This document shows, piece after piece, positions 10,713 through 20,974 of a stretch of 64,000 nt of DNA. The stretch comes from an uncultured Clostridia bacterium (GTDB taxonomy: Bacteria > Bacillota > Clostridia > TANB77 > CAG-508), in the NCBI GenBank assembly GCA_934140005.1, contig CAKPBB010000007.1:1982-65981 (forward strand), written 5' to 3'. The first letter of the stretch is position 1. Every line of letters starts with the position of its first letter. The position numbers and the translations under genes were made by a program. The notes beneath the pieces were generated by a model. That model saw only the letters and a list, made by a program, of their open reading frames with translations. It searched no databases and was not told the DNA's origin.

Positions 10713-11669
10713 CTACTTTTCAACAGATATGCTCATTGCTAATTTTGCAACTGCATTTGCAAGAGCATCTTCTATTTCTTCATCATTTGCATTAGATCCA
10801 TAATATTCATTTAAAACTCTTATTTGATTAAATCCAATTGAATAAGCTGTATCATTATCATCAACAAATTTGTCAAATGAAAGTGTTAATTCCTTTGTTT
10901 CTCCAGGTTCTAAAATAATAGAATCCGTTTGTGAAACTAATCTATTTTCTTTAGATAAATTTAATACGATTTCATCATCTACTTTTTTGTCTAAAACTGT
11001 AATACTATATTCACTTCTATTAGTGAATACTATGTCATACTTTTCTGTACCATAGTTTATAGTTTTATCTTTTACTTCTATCTTTAAATATTCATTTTCT
11101 GTTGATATGCCTAGGTTCTCATGTTTAATATAATTTCCAACAGTCATATCAAATGTTCCTTCAGAATTTTTTGTAAAAGCCATTTTTTCTTCTGTATAAG
11201 TATATTTGCTATTAGTTAATCCTGTTGCTAAGATATCATCAGTATATTTAACAGCATAAATATACATATTATCCATATTTGAGTAATCTTGAATAAAATA
11301 TTTTTTAGGAGTATACATTATAACTTTTAAATGTTTTATAAAATCAGAAAAAGTTGGATATGCATACTTTTTACAATCTGCTGAAATCATTTGATATGCT
11401 TTATCAAAGTCATTATTATTACAGTATGTAACATATTTATCAATCATTTCCTCTATTTCATTTTGATACTTTTCTGGCACTTTACTTGTAGAATCCATAA
11501 CTGAAGTATGTGGTTCATATGTTGTTTCAAGATTTTTAGCAGGTGTATATAATTTCAAAAGTTGATTTATTAAAAATATAACAAGCCAAACAACTACTAT
11601 TATGTATATTATTTTTTTATTTTTTCTAAAAAAATGTCTGATTTTCAATCTAAAATCTGTAAAATTCAT
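10713..11669 (-). CDS. Membrane-anchored extracytoplasmic protein, unknown function (possible VirB8/TcpC-like NTF2-fold component)
   Basis: N-terminal TM (IIYIIVVVWLVIFLI). The segment YVTYCNNNDFDKAYQMISADCKKYAYPTFSDF resembles NTF2/DUF4878-type openings. GGAGG RBS. Confidence 0.4.
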   Translation of the reverse strand: MNFTDFRLKIRHFFRKNKKIIYIIVVVWLVIFLINQLLKLYTPAKNLETTYEPHTSVMDSTSKVPEKYQNEIEEMIDKYVTYCNNNDFDKAYQMISADCKKYAYPTFSDFIKHLKVIMYTPKKYFIQDYSNMDNMYIYAVKYTDDILATGLTNSKYTYTEEKMAFTKNSEGTFDMTVGNYIKHENLGISTENEYLKIEVKDKTINYGTEKYDIVFTNRSEYSITVLDKKVDDEIVLNLSKENRLVSQTDSIILEPGETKELTLSFDKFVDDNDTAYSIGFNQIRVLNEYYGSNANDEEIEDALANAVAKLAMSISVEK

Positions 11670-11678
11670 ATTATCCTC

Positions 11679-12227
11679 CTATTCTTCTGTAACATTGAAA
11701 GATAAATCTATATCATTTACATCATTTTCTCTTACAACAAATGTATATTCTTTTCCTGCATCATCTTTTTTACCATTTATTAAATCTTTTATTGTTACCC
11801 ATAAAATATATGTATTTCCGTTGCGTTCAATATTATCAAATTCTAAATTTCCCATGCTTGGAAATTCTTTTTTTACATAATTTTCAAATTGTCCAGCTGT
11901 TGGAAAATAATTTTTTTGAAAATCTGTGTATAATAAATCATAGGCTTCTTCATATTTCTTTTTTTCAACAAGATTTATAAAATTAGAAACATAATATTCC
12001 ATTCTGCCTCTTTCAGTCATATTAATAAGTTTTTCTTTCATATTATTAGCAGTAATTTCATTGTAATTAGCATCTGTTTGAATAACATCATTTGAAATCG
12101 TTATATTAGCTGTTTTTTTATTCTTTGAAGCATTTCTATTAACATAAACTAATATAGTTATTAGTATTATTAAAATTACTAATAAAATTATTATACTTGT
12201 TAGTATCTTATTTTTTTCATCTTTCAT
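11679..12227 (-). CDS. Small membrane-anchored protein (possible VirB8-like NTF2-fold component)
   Basis: TM ILTSIIILLVILIILITILVYV, then FINLVEKKKYEEAYDLLYTDFQKNYFPTAGQFENYV, the same motif style as the downstream gene. Confidence 0.4.
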   Translation of the reverse strand: MKDEKNKILTSIIILLVILIILITILVYVNRNASKNKKTANITISNDVIQTDANYNEITANNMKEKLINMTERGRMEYYVSNFINLVEKKKYEEAYDLLYTDFQKNYFPTAGQFENYVKKEFPSMGNLEFDNIERNGNTYILWVTIKDLINGKKDDAGKEYTFVVRENDVNDIDLSFNVTEE

Positions 12228-12252
12228 TTGCTAATCACCCTATCTTTTTTAT

Positions 12253-14913
12253 TTATCCGTTATAATGAACACCATTTTTTGATGTAGCTTCAACTTGAGC
12301 ATTTAAATTTTGTCTCATTTGATTTATTGCACCTAATTGTGTTGCAGTTAAAGTTCCAGCTGTTCCACCATCTCTTGTATCCTCTAAATTTGAAATTGTT
12401 TGATTTAATCCATTTACGAGATTACTTACTTCATTTTGTGTTGTATCTTTAATTTTATCCATTTCTCTATTTACTTCAGCAATTTTATTATCTACTTCTG
12501 TTAAGTTTGTATAAGTAACTGTTGTAGTTGTTTTTTGAATATCATATTGATGAATTTGAGGAGTTGCAGTTGATTTTGTATCTGCCATTCTACCAACCAT
12601 ATCCTCTGGTTCAACATTCACACTTGAAGCTGTTTTCATTGAATTGTATAAGCTTGCATTTGCATATGTTGTCATAAAATCTCTCATTTTTTGTTTTAAA
12701 TCTCCTAAGTCAGAAGCCTTCATATCATTTACTGTGTTTTCTCCTAAAGTTGTTTTCATTGCATTCTCAAATTCTTTATCAAAATTAAATGCACCTGGAT
12801 TATTAGCCCAGTTACCTTGTATATTAGTTGCTACCATTTCAGCTTGTTCTTGACTTATACCTTGTTTCAAACCTTGAAGTTCATTTGTAAATCTATTTAA
12901 TATATCACTCAATTGTTTTTGATCAAATTTTCCATTATCACCCATCTGTTTAACATATAACATATGCTTTAATTTTTCTTCATTTGTTTTATATTCTTGA
13001 CCAGTAACACTTGTAACACCTTGTAAAGTATTAGATGTTTCTTTTGATAATTCTTTCTTAGTATGCTTTAAAAATTCATTAGTTGCACCATAAGCTCCCA
13101 TACCAGTCATTATTGAAGAAATAGCATTACTTGAGCTTAATCCATACATTGCAAGTCCAGCACTTGCACCAACAACGGTTGATATATATTCTTTATCATG
13201 TAAATGAGAGCTTATACTTCCTTTTGCACCTGATATACCTTTCTTCATTTTCTCGCCAACTAATTTACCTATATCTTTACTTATAGCATGTTCAGCTGAG
13301 AATTGTGCACTTGCTCTTTCTTTATATGAATTTTTCTCTTCTTCTGTAAGTGAATCCCATGTTTTACCATCACCATGAGCTAATTGCTCTGCTCTTCCAG
13401 GATTTCCATTTGATCCTTCTACATAAGCTCTTCTTGCTGCCTCAAATGTTTTTATACTACCACTAACACTTTTATATGCTTTAGTATTGGTTACTGCATT
13501 AGCAATTTTACCTGGTGCTGATGCAACAAATTTTGCACTACCAGATACTGCATTTCCAACTACAACAGCAGCTCCTGCAACTTTTCCAAGAGGAGTATTA
13601 GTAGCTGCAACTCCTTTTACTTTGTTTGCAAAACTGCTTGTTGCTTTAGAAATTTTACTAGCTGTTCCACCAAACATATTTCCCATCATCTTTCCAACAC
13701 CAGAAGCACTCTTACCTAATTTTCCAGCATTATTAGCAAGTGTTGTTACAGCTGCAGTTGCAGCAACCATATCTGTTAATGAAGAAGCTTTGCCAAATCC
13801 GAAAATTTGTCTAATAATCTTTTCACCATCATTTACGAATTGTATACAAATTACTGCTAATAATCCAGCTGCCAATGTATTTGTTCCTACAACACTTGTC
13901 ATAAAATTTATATTTACAAACATTGTATCTAAAGATGCTGTATCAATTAAACTAATTGCAATATTTACAAAAGCCAAATACATAATACAATGGAATGGTT
14001 GTATTAAAATATTATAGCAAAACTCTTTCATCCAAGTATTTAAGGCTTGTGCTCTTTGGTCACCTATTTTATCTATTGAATATGTAATTGTAATTAATGG
14101 TGATATTATAATTAAAAATCCAATTGTTAGCATTCTTTTTAGATAAACAAATAGAAATTTTAATGTTTGCCATACAATTATAGCATAAATAATTGTACTT
14201 GCTATTCCAGCAAATCCACTAATAGGTGAAACTGAACTTACTCCTATACTTGAAATCCATTGTATAAAATTTCCAATATAATCGTCTGCATTTCCAACAG
14301 TTTTTAAAATACCTATCAATACACTATTTATTTTTGTTACGAATATAATAAAATAATGTAGCAAATATAGTAATGCTAAACTTGAAGCCCAATCTACAAG
14401 CATCTTTTTATATATAACCTTATCTTGAGCAATTGTAGATAAAGCCATTCTTATTCCTATATATATTAATATTACTAGAAGAATTACAGTAGCTATGATT
14501 CTGATTACATAATACCAAGTTGCAACTTGCGTTCTAAAATCAAGTATCATACTAGGTAATCCTGAATCAAAATTCATAAAGTCTACATCTAATAAAGGTA
14601 CTTGATTAAAGAATATTGTAAATGGAGTTACTAATACACCATCAGAAACACCTCCTAAACTTACAATACCTGATATTAAAACTTGTGCAGCTGCACAAAT
14701 TGCAACAACACCAACTCTTAGTCCCCAAGTAGCAAATCCTACGAAAGCTCCAAGTAAATTAACTAAAAGATTATACATCGTATTAAACAATTCTGCTGCA
14801 GCACTTGTACCACTACTAGATCCATCTGTGCCATATGCTAATGTTGTAAAATTGAATACTGTTAAAAATATCAAAAAACACGCTAAAATTTTGAAAAGCG
14901 ATTTTTTTCTCAT
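12253..14913 (-). CDS. VirB6/TrbL-like polytopic membrane protein (paralog C) with a ~500-aa Gly/Ala/Ser-rich and coiled-coil C-terminal extension
   Basis: Shares VATWYYVIRIIATVILLVILIYIGIRMALSTIAQDK...WMKEFCYNILIQPFHCIMYLAFV with the two other paralogs. The start is ambiguous (TTG 14925, GTG 14922 or ATG 14913). Confidence 0.6.
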   Translation of the reverse strand: MRKKSLFKILACFLIFLTVFNFTTLAYGTDGSSSGTSAAAELFNTMYNLLVNLLGAFVGFATWGLRVGVVAICAAAQVLISGIVSLGGVSDGVLVTPFTIFFNQVPLLDVDFMNFDSGLPSMILDFRTQVATWYYVIRIIATVILLVILIYIGIRMALSTIAQDKVIYKKMLVDWASSLALLYLLHYFIIFVTKINSVLIGILKTVGNADDYIGNFIQWISSIGVSSVSPISGFAGIASTIIYAIIVWQTLKFLFVYLKRMLTIGFLIIISPLITITYSIDKIGDQRAQALNTWMKEFCYNILIQPFHCIMYLAFVNIAISLIDTASLDTMFVNINFMTSVVGTNTLAAGLLAVICIQFVNDGEKIIRQIFGFGKASSLTDMVAATAAVTTLANNAGKLGKSASGVGKMMGNMFGGTASKISKATSSFANKVKGVAATNTPLGKVAGAAVVVGNAVSGSAKFVASAPGKIANAVTNTKAYKSVSGSIKTFEAARRAYVEGSNGNPGRAEQLAHGDGKTWDSLTEEEKNSYKERASAQFSAEHAISKDIGKLVGEKMKKGISGAKGSISSHLHDKEYISTVVGASAGLAMYGLSSSNAISSIMTGMGAYGATNEFLKHTKKELSKETSNTLQGVTSVTGQEYKTNEEKLKHMLYVKQMGDNGKFDQKQLSDILNRFTNELQGLKQGISQEQAEMVATNIQGNWANNPGAFNFDKEFENAMKTTLGENTVNDMKASDLGDLKQKMRDFMTTYANASLYNSMKTASSVNVEPEDMVGRMADTKSTATPQIHQYDIQKTTTTVTYTNLTEVDNKIAEVNREMDKIKDTTQNEVSNLVNGLNQTISNLEDTRDGGTAGTLTATQLGAINQMRQNLNAQVEATSKNGVHYNG

Positions 14914-14935
14914 AACTACCACCAAACTCTCCTAT

Positions 14936-17900
14936 CTATTTTCTTCCTTTTCCAATTTCTTCTATTAATGCAGATATATCTGTCATTGGTTTTTCTAAAC
15001 CAGAATTTAATTCTCTACTTCTAATTGTACCATTTTTTCTTCTTTGTGTCACTATATTTGTTGAATTTTGTCCATTTGCCCCTGTATTTCCAACATTTTT
15101 TCGTCCATTTGGTGTATTACCTTGTGCTCCATTTGGTGTAAATTGATGTTCCCTTACTGAAGTATCTTGTTCACCAACTCTACTTTCTGGATTTGTTCCA
15201 CTTCCTCTGTACTCTCCAAATATAGATTCCTTTTTTATCTTATTTAAAGAATTAACCACATCTTCAGTATTTCTTGGCTCAAATTCAAGATGTTTAGCCT
15301 GTTTGCCTCTTGATTTATCTTGTGCAGCATAAATATTATTTCTTTCTATTTCAATTGTCATATATGCAAGTTCTTGTACAGGTTCTGGTACACTTGATAT
15401 TAATTCTTTTCTACGTTCTTCATCTTTTTCAGCTATTACTGCTGTTAACATATCTGCCATATCTTTATGTCTTTTTTCTTCTACTAATCTCTTCATTTTT
15501 TCAGTTGTAGCAGTATCTGTATTTTCACTTACTCTTGCACTATTTAATCTAGTAAAAGCTTGATGTCTTGCTTGTACTGATGAGTTTACTGTTTCTTCAA
15601 TATTTCTTCCACCTAATATTGGTTGTGCTATTTTTCTTGTGCCATCTGTTTCTGCAACTTGTCCAAATAATGGTGTATTTTGTTGTTTCTGTACTCCTGG
15701 TATACTTGAAATTGTTTTCTTCTTAGCTGATAAATTATCTAAAACAGATGCAGTTTGATTTGGTACAGCCTTAACCCAGTTTTCTAATTTTTGAGCTGTT
15801 CTTTCTTGTACATCTGTAACTTTTAAATCTCCTACTGATTTTACATCATTTTCATCTACTATTTCTTGGAATGATTGTGTTGTAAATTCGCTTACAACCA
15901 TATCTGTTTTTACCTTTTCAACTCTTGTTTTTAATGCTTTTGTAAGCTCTTGTACATCTTCTTTTTTAGCATCTTTACCAAGAACAATGTTCTGTAATCT
16001 TTGTTCCACAGCTACTACACTTGCATCATTTGTTGTAAATTCTGAAATTGATTTTTTACTATTTGCAGCTGCTTCTGAAATAGCTTGTTTAATCATTTGG
16101 TCTGTAACCAAAATTTTCTTATCATTTACTTCTACAACTGTTGCTGTTGCATGTTCATCATTTCCATCAGCTGTTTTATTTCCAACACTATCTGAAAAGG
16201 CTTTTATTATGTCTTCTGCTGTTGCATAGTCTTGTGCATTAATTTGAGTACCATTAATTTCACCTATTACATTTGGATTTTGTAATTTTAATTTAATAAG
16301 TTCATTTGCAAATCTTTCTAAAGTCATATTTTCTGCGGCAACAACTATTGGCTCTTCTACTTCTTCTGCATTTTTCTTTTCTTCAAGAGCTTTTTCCATA
16401 GATTTTACATCTTGTTCTTTATCTGTTGTAGGAATATACATTCCATTAACTTCAACAGCTGTTCCTGTTTCAACAGCAGCTGCTTTATAGATTTCATTAG
16501 TATCGTCACTAACTTCACTAATCTCAATAGCACCAGTTTTTATTGCATTTGCTAAAGCTATTCCAACAACTTTTCTTTCTAATGCCTTTGTTTCCTTAGT
16601 TATTTCAGTACTATTATAAAATAATTTTTCTCTTTGAGCATATGAAAAGCCACCACTTTTTATTCTCTTGTATGTAGTAGGAATTCGCTTTCCTGGTTTA
16701 ACACCTTCAATTAGGTTTGCTCCAAAAATATTACCAGTTGCAACTACTGTTCCTTTTGTAAGAGCCTTAACAAATTTCTGATGTTTAGTTGAAATTTCAT
16801 TCACTATGTATTGGTCTTTTGCAGATTCTGTTTGAATACGAATATCTCTTGCATAATTTTCTACATCTTCAAGGGTAAAGCCAGCATCTAAATCAATTAT
16901 ATCCATTGGTACATATTCTGCTTTTGCACTCTTCCTTACATGTTCATAAGATTTTGATAATGCTGAAAGAGAAGTAAACATAGCAGAAAAGCCTATAACA
17001 GGATTTTCCACTGAAGTTGGAATAGAAGCTAACATTCCCGCAAATCCAGTAAGTAAATTTTTTATAGCATCTAATTCTCCTGTAATTACTTGTTTGTCCG
17101 TATCATTCATTCCAGTTAGTTTATTCAAATTTATATTAGCTTTCATTCTATTTTTCAAGCTATCTTCTGTTAAAGAATCTTCAGAGAATAATTTTTCTGC
17201 AAATGATAATTTCTTTCTTTCTACATATTTAACTTTACCATTTTCATCAGTATAATATCTACCTTTATATTTTGTTCTAAAACCAACGTATTTTCCTTTT
17301 TCCTCGTCATATTCAACATATTTACTTGGATCAAAAACATCTTTTATTCTTTGATTCATAGCAAAAGTTCTAGCTAATTTTGTCTTAGAGAATTTATCAT
17401 TTAATTCTTTTAATTTTGCTTCTTCTATCTTTTGAAGAATATCAAGTTCTTTATCATCAACATGTCCAACTCCTGTTTCTCTTTCTAAATCACTATTTTC
17501 CCTTTCAAGTTCTTCATTCTTATTTTGAAGTGCATCAATCTCATCTTCTATAGCATCAATATCTTTTTCAAGACCTTTTAATATTCTTTCTCTTTTTCTC
17601 TTGATTTCGGCTTTATTTTTTTCAATAATTCTTCTATTATTTTTAATTCTTTCTATTTTATTTATTTTCATACCTTTATCAACAATTTCTTTTACATCAT
17701 CATTATTTTCAAATTCTTGATAATCTTTTTCTGTAAAATTTGTTTCATTTCCAGCAATATCAACATGCATTTCCTCATCACTCGGATTTGCTTCCCTATT
17801 GTTCATTCTCCAAGCCATAACTCCACCAAACGCTTTTCTAGCTGGATTATAAAATAATTTTTCTCTTTCCCAGTTAGCAATTCCTTTTATTGCTTTTCCA

Positions 17901-18895
17901 CCAAGATATGCTTTTGTTATTCCTTTAAAGCTATTCATTAATTCTCTACCAACATTTCTATCTGCAATGTCATCTACTAAACTTCCATTTCCACCAAAAG
18001 CAAATATCTTTCTGAATATTTTATCCGCATTACTCATGAAACTTAATAACATAAATGCAAGTAACATACCAGAAATTGAATTCAATGATAATTGTAAAGC
18101 ATTCATTACAAAAGTAACATAAATTATAGCATGTACTGATTGAAGAATAACATTTAAAAAGTATTCTTTAAGCCATGTTGAAAATATTTTTGTTTTTCCT
18201 GATAAAACTTTGTTTAAAGCATAAGATACTGCAACAGCAGGTGACATTAATGTTAGCACAGCAACTGTTAAATATCTCTTAAAATATATAAATACAAATT
18301 TATAAGAATAATATACAAGATATGCATACATAACAAGTCCAGACATTCCATTTACTAATTTTGGATCATATGCTCTTGTTCTAATAGTATCATAAATACT
18401 TACTTCAATATCTTCATCTGTTTTTTTAGTATTATCTTTATTGTCTTTAGTTTCTAAAGAACCATATTGGTCAGGACTAGCTTCGTATACAGCTTCGGCT
18501 GTATCTTGTACCATTTCCACTAATAATTCATTCATATTTATAATAAATAGCATTATATAATGGATTCCAAAAACAAGTACCATTCCAGCAACCCAATCCA
18601 TAAGCATTCTTTTATAAAAAGCTCTGTCTGAAGCTACGGATGTAATTGCCATTTTTATACCTATAAAAATTAGAACTAGAAGCATTATTACTATTGATAT
18701 TACTCTTATAATATAATACCAAGTCGCAATTGCTTCTTTTAAGATAAGTACTGTATTTATTCCATCTTCACTCACTCCAGTTGCACCATTGCTTGCAGTC
18801 ATTGTTGCTGATAATGAAAAAGTAGGTAAAATAACAATAATTGCAAAAATGGCTATTATAAATAAAATCATATATTTTTTACTATTTTTCATCAT
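14936..18895 (-). CDS. VirB6/TrbL-like membrane core (paralog B) fused to a ~1000-aa Lys/Glu-rich coiled-coil extension of unknown function
   Basis: IATWYYIIRVISIVIMLLVLIFIGIKMAITSVASDR...WLKEYFLNVILQSVHAIIYVTFV. Residues beyond ~330 have no motif I recognise. Confidence 0.6.
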   Translation of the reverse strand: MMKNSKKYMILFIIAIFAIIVILPTFSLSATMTASNGATGVSEDGINTVLILKEAIATWYYIIRVISIVIMLLVLIFIGIKMAITSVASDRAFYKRMLMDWVAGMVLVFGIHYIMLFIINMNELLVEMVQDTAEAVYEASPDQYGSLETKDNKDNTKKTDEDIEVSIYDTIRTRAYDPKLVNGMSGLVMYAYLVYYSYKFVFIYFKRYLTVAVLTLMSPAVAVSYALNKVLSGKTKIFSTWLKEYFLNVILQSVHAIIYVTFVMNALQLSLNSISGMLLAFMLLSFMSNADKIFRKIFAFGGNGSLVDDIADRNVGRELMNSFKGITKAYLGGKAIKGIANWEREKLFYNPARKAFGGVMAWRMNNREANPSDEEMHVDIAGNETNFTEKDYQEFENNDDVKEIVDKGMKINKIERIKNNRRIIEKNKAEIKRKRERILKGLEKDIDAIEDEIDALQNKNEELERENSDLERETGVGHVDDKELDILQKIEEAKLKELNDKFSKTKLARTFAMNQRIKDVFDPSKYVEYDEEKGKYVGFRTKYKGRYYTDENGKVKYVERKKLSFAEKLFSEDSLTEDSLKNRMKANINLNKLTGMNDTDKQVITGELDAIKNLLTGFAGMLASIPTSVENPVIGFSAMFTSLSALSKSYEHVRKSAKAEYVPMDIIDLDAGFTLEDVENYARDIRIQTESAKDQYIVNEISTKHQKFVKALTKGTVVATGNIFGANLIEGVKPGKRIPTTYKRIKSGGFSYAQREKLFYNSTEITKETKALERKVVGIALANAIKTGAIEISEVSDDTNEIYKAAAVETGTAVEVNGMYIPTTDKEQDVKSMEKALEEKKNAEEVEEPIVVAAENMTLERFANELIKLKLQNPNVIGEINGTQINAQDYATAEDIIKAFSDSVGNKTADGNDEHATATVVEVNDKKILVTDQMIKQAISEAAANSKKSISEFTTNDASVVAVEQRLQNIVLGKDAKKEDVQELTKALKTRVEKVKTDMVVSEFTTQSFQEIVDENDVKSVGDLKVTDVQERTAQKLENWVKAVPNQTASVLDNLSAKKKTISSIPGVQKQQNTPLFGQVAETDGTRKIAQPILGGRNIEETVNSSVQARHQAFTRLNSARVSENTDTATTEKMKRLVEEKRHKDMADMLTAVIAEKDEERRKELISSVPEPVQELAYMTIEIERNNIYAAQDKSRGKQAKHLEFEPRNTEDVVNSLNKIKKESIFGEYRGSGTNPESRVGEQDTSVREHQFTPNGAQGNTPNGRKNVGNTGANGQNSTNIVTQRRKNGTIRSRELNSGLEKPMTDISALIEEIGKGRK

Positions 18896-18916
18896 TCTAC
18901 CTCTCTTTTCATAAAT

Positions 18917-19390
18917 TTATTCTGCATCAGATTCTTCATTGTTTGTTGTATCTGAAAAATTAAATATATTAACATCAAAAATAGGAATCTTATTAAATAC
19001 TATTTTTTCTATTGTTACTCTGTTATCAACATCTGTTATACTTTGAAATATGTCAAATGCAAAAAGTTTATCACTTGTTGCCATATCTGTTTTGCAAATT
19101 GCGTCAATTGTTCTTACTAATACCCATTCAAACAATTCTATCCAACCTACAAATACCGCTCTAACACCCATTGTCATAATACCAAGAATCCAATCTGCAA
19201 TTCCTGCTAAAACATCAACTATATTTCTTCCACCTTTTGCAGAAACTGAATATGAAGATGATGAAGTTCCTTTATAATAAAAATCATCAATTTTTCCTGC
19301 TGCGTAAGTCGGTGCAGTGGCAAGGAATGTTGAAAAAGTAGTTACTATTATTGCTATTACTAAAATTTTTATAAATATTGTTTTTTTCAT
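18917..19390 (-). CDS. Small secreted or membrane protein equivalent to the N-terminal module of the VirB6-like paralogs
   Basis: The C-terminal VTIEKIVFNKIPIFDVNIFNF aligns with FTIEKTVFNEIGLFNIDYFDF (422-aa paralog) and FTIFFNQVPLLDVDFMNF (890-aa paralog). It ends 21 nt before the next gene. Confidence 0.55.
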   Translation of the reverse strand: MKKTIFIKILVIAIIVTTFSTFLATAPTYAAGKIDDFYYKGTSSSSYSVSAKGGRNIVDVLAGIADWILGIMTMGVRAVFVGWIELFEWVLVRTIDAICKTDMATSDKLFAFDIFQSITDVDNRVTIEKIVFNKIPIFDVNIFNFSDTTNNEESDAE

Positions 19391-19418
19391 AAATTACTCC
19401 TTTCCACCTAATACTTAA

Positions 19419-20963
19419 TTAGAAATTTATTTGAATTTCTTTATTATCATATTTTAATAAATTATTATAACAACTTACTATTTTGAAGTCTTGCTCACCA
19501 GTTAATATCTTTCCTCTTTTATTTGATTGTAAATCGTAATAATATATACCTTTTTTATTGATACTATATATAAAAATACTATCATTAAGCCATGCAAAAG
19601 TGTCAATTGCTTCATTAATTTCTCTGTTAGGTCTTGTACTATCTTTAGATACAAAATACATTTTTTCTATGATATTATTTTCATCTTTTTCAGCATAAAT
19701 TCCATATTGTCCACTATACAAAGTATTATTTTCTGTCTTATTTGCTTCTATAAATTTATTACATTCTGTTAATAAACTATTTTCTCTTACAACTCTTGAA
19801 ACTTCATCTTCAAATACATTATCTACTTGCATTTGTGCTAAACATTCAGGCATTTCTAAACATTTTGAAGATTGAAAACTAGTCATTTTAACATTATTAT
19901 ACAAAATAATTGCATTAGTATTTTCATAGTTGCATTTTACAGAAATACCTTGTAAAGGGTATGTTATGTAGAAACTGTTCTCTTTAACTATATACTCACT
20001 ATAATTGCTCCATAAGTATGTAAGCTTATTCAAAAATTGATATATATCTGTATCTCCATTTGAGAATTCTTCTATTAAATTTATAAATTCATCATACTCA
20101 AAATTTTCTATTCTATAAATTGAAATTTCTTCTTTAGTAATAAATACATAAAACTCTTTTCCTTTATAACCATATACACCATTTTCTGTATCTTCAAAAG
20201 TTGGAGTTCCTAATTTTGCTTTTGCTAAATCAAAAGCATCTTTTACTATTATACCATTAATTACGGGATTTGTGTAGTTCTTGGTGAAAACAATATTATA
20301 TATTTTTTTATCTAGCTTTCTTATTTTTAAACCTTTTTCAATATATTGATCATATTTTTGAAAAATGCCATCTGAATTACCTAAATTTAAGTTATAATAA
20401 AGCCAATCATTTTGAAGTAAATTATTTAGTTCATCTGAATTAACTTCAAAAGAAGTTATTGTTAATTCTTTATAATCTTTTAAACTAATCTGAGATTTAA
20501 TATAAGTAAAATAATCTTCAATTCCATTGATATAAAATTTGCTAATATTATTATTAGCACAAATAACACTAACAGTTATATCATTTCTAGTATCAATTAT
20601 TCTAAAATTTTGAAAATTTAAAACACTTGCAGAAAGTTGCATCAATCTCGTATAAAAAGACTCATTTATATGTTCATCATCTTCATATGGTTTTTCTGAA
20701 AAAGTAGCATATATATCTATATCATAATCTTTTTCATTACTTTTTTCCTGTTTTATAAAAGTACAATTATAAAACTTTAATACATCTTCTATTGTTTTAA
20801 AAGAATTTACATCTATTTCATTTGATTCTGTACTATGTGAAAAATCGATATTAGAAATGGCATAATAAGTAATAGCTAATGATATTACTATACAAAATAA
20901 TATAATTAGCATCTTTTTGTCATTATTTTGATTTTTATATTTACCTTTCTTTGAATCAAACAC
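19419..20963 (-). CDS. Membrane-anchored extracytoplasmic protein, unknown function (paralog of 20975-22180)
   Basis: GTG start with AAGGAG 7 nt upstream. N-terminal TM. VLKFYNCTFIKQEKS...IDIYATF is comparable to LLEDYGCVFVKEVKS...IYLYF in its neighbour. Confidence 0.55.
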   Translation of the reverse strand: MFDSKKGKYKNQNNDKKMLIILFCIVISLAITYYAISNIDFSHSTESNEIDVNSFKTIEDVLKFYNCTFIKQEKSNEKDYDIDIYATFSEKPYEDDEHINESFYTRLMQLSASVLNFQNFRIIDTRNDITVSVICANNNISKFYINGIEDYFTYIKSQISLKDYKELTITSFEVNSDELNNLLQNDWLYYNLNLGNSDGIFQKYDQYIEKGLKIRKLDKKIYNIVFTKNYTNPVINGIIVKDAFDLAKAKLGTPTFEDTENGVYGYKGKEFYVFITKEEISIYRIENFEYDEFINLIEEFSNGDTDIYQFLNKLTYLWSNYSEYIVKENSFYITYPLQGISVKCNYENTNAIILYNNVKMTSFQSSKCLEMPECLAQMQVDNVFEDEVSRVVRENSLLTECNKFIEANKTENNTLYSGQYGIYAEKDENNIIEKMYFVSKDSTRPNREINEAIDTFAWLNDSIFIYSINKKGIYYYDLQSNKRGKILTGEQDFKIVSCYNNLLKYDNKEIQINF

Positions 20964-20974
20964 AAATTTACTCC

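Noticed and set aside
13487-14017. Antisense ORFs inside long minus-strand genes (also 28178-28552, 31882-32376, 32542-33009, 36765-37229, 54449-54871 and many 60-100-aa ORFs)
   Set aside because: They are mirror frames of well-supported genes with clear motifs. They are hydrophobic or low-complexity, have no RBS and show no recognisable motifs. Such frames are expected by chance opposite genes in AT-rich DNA.
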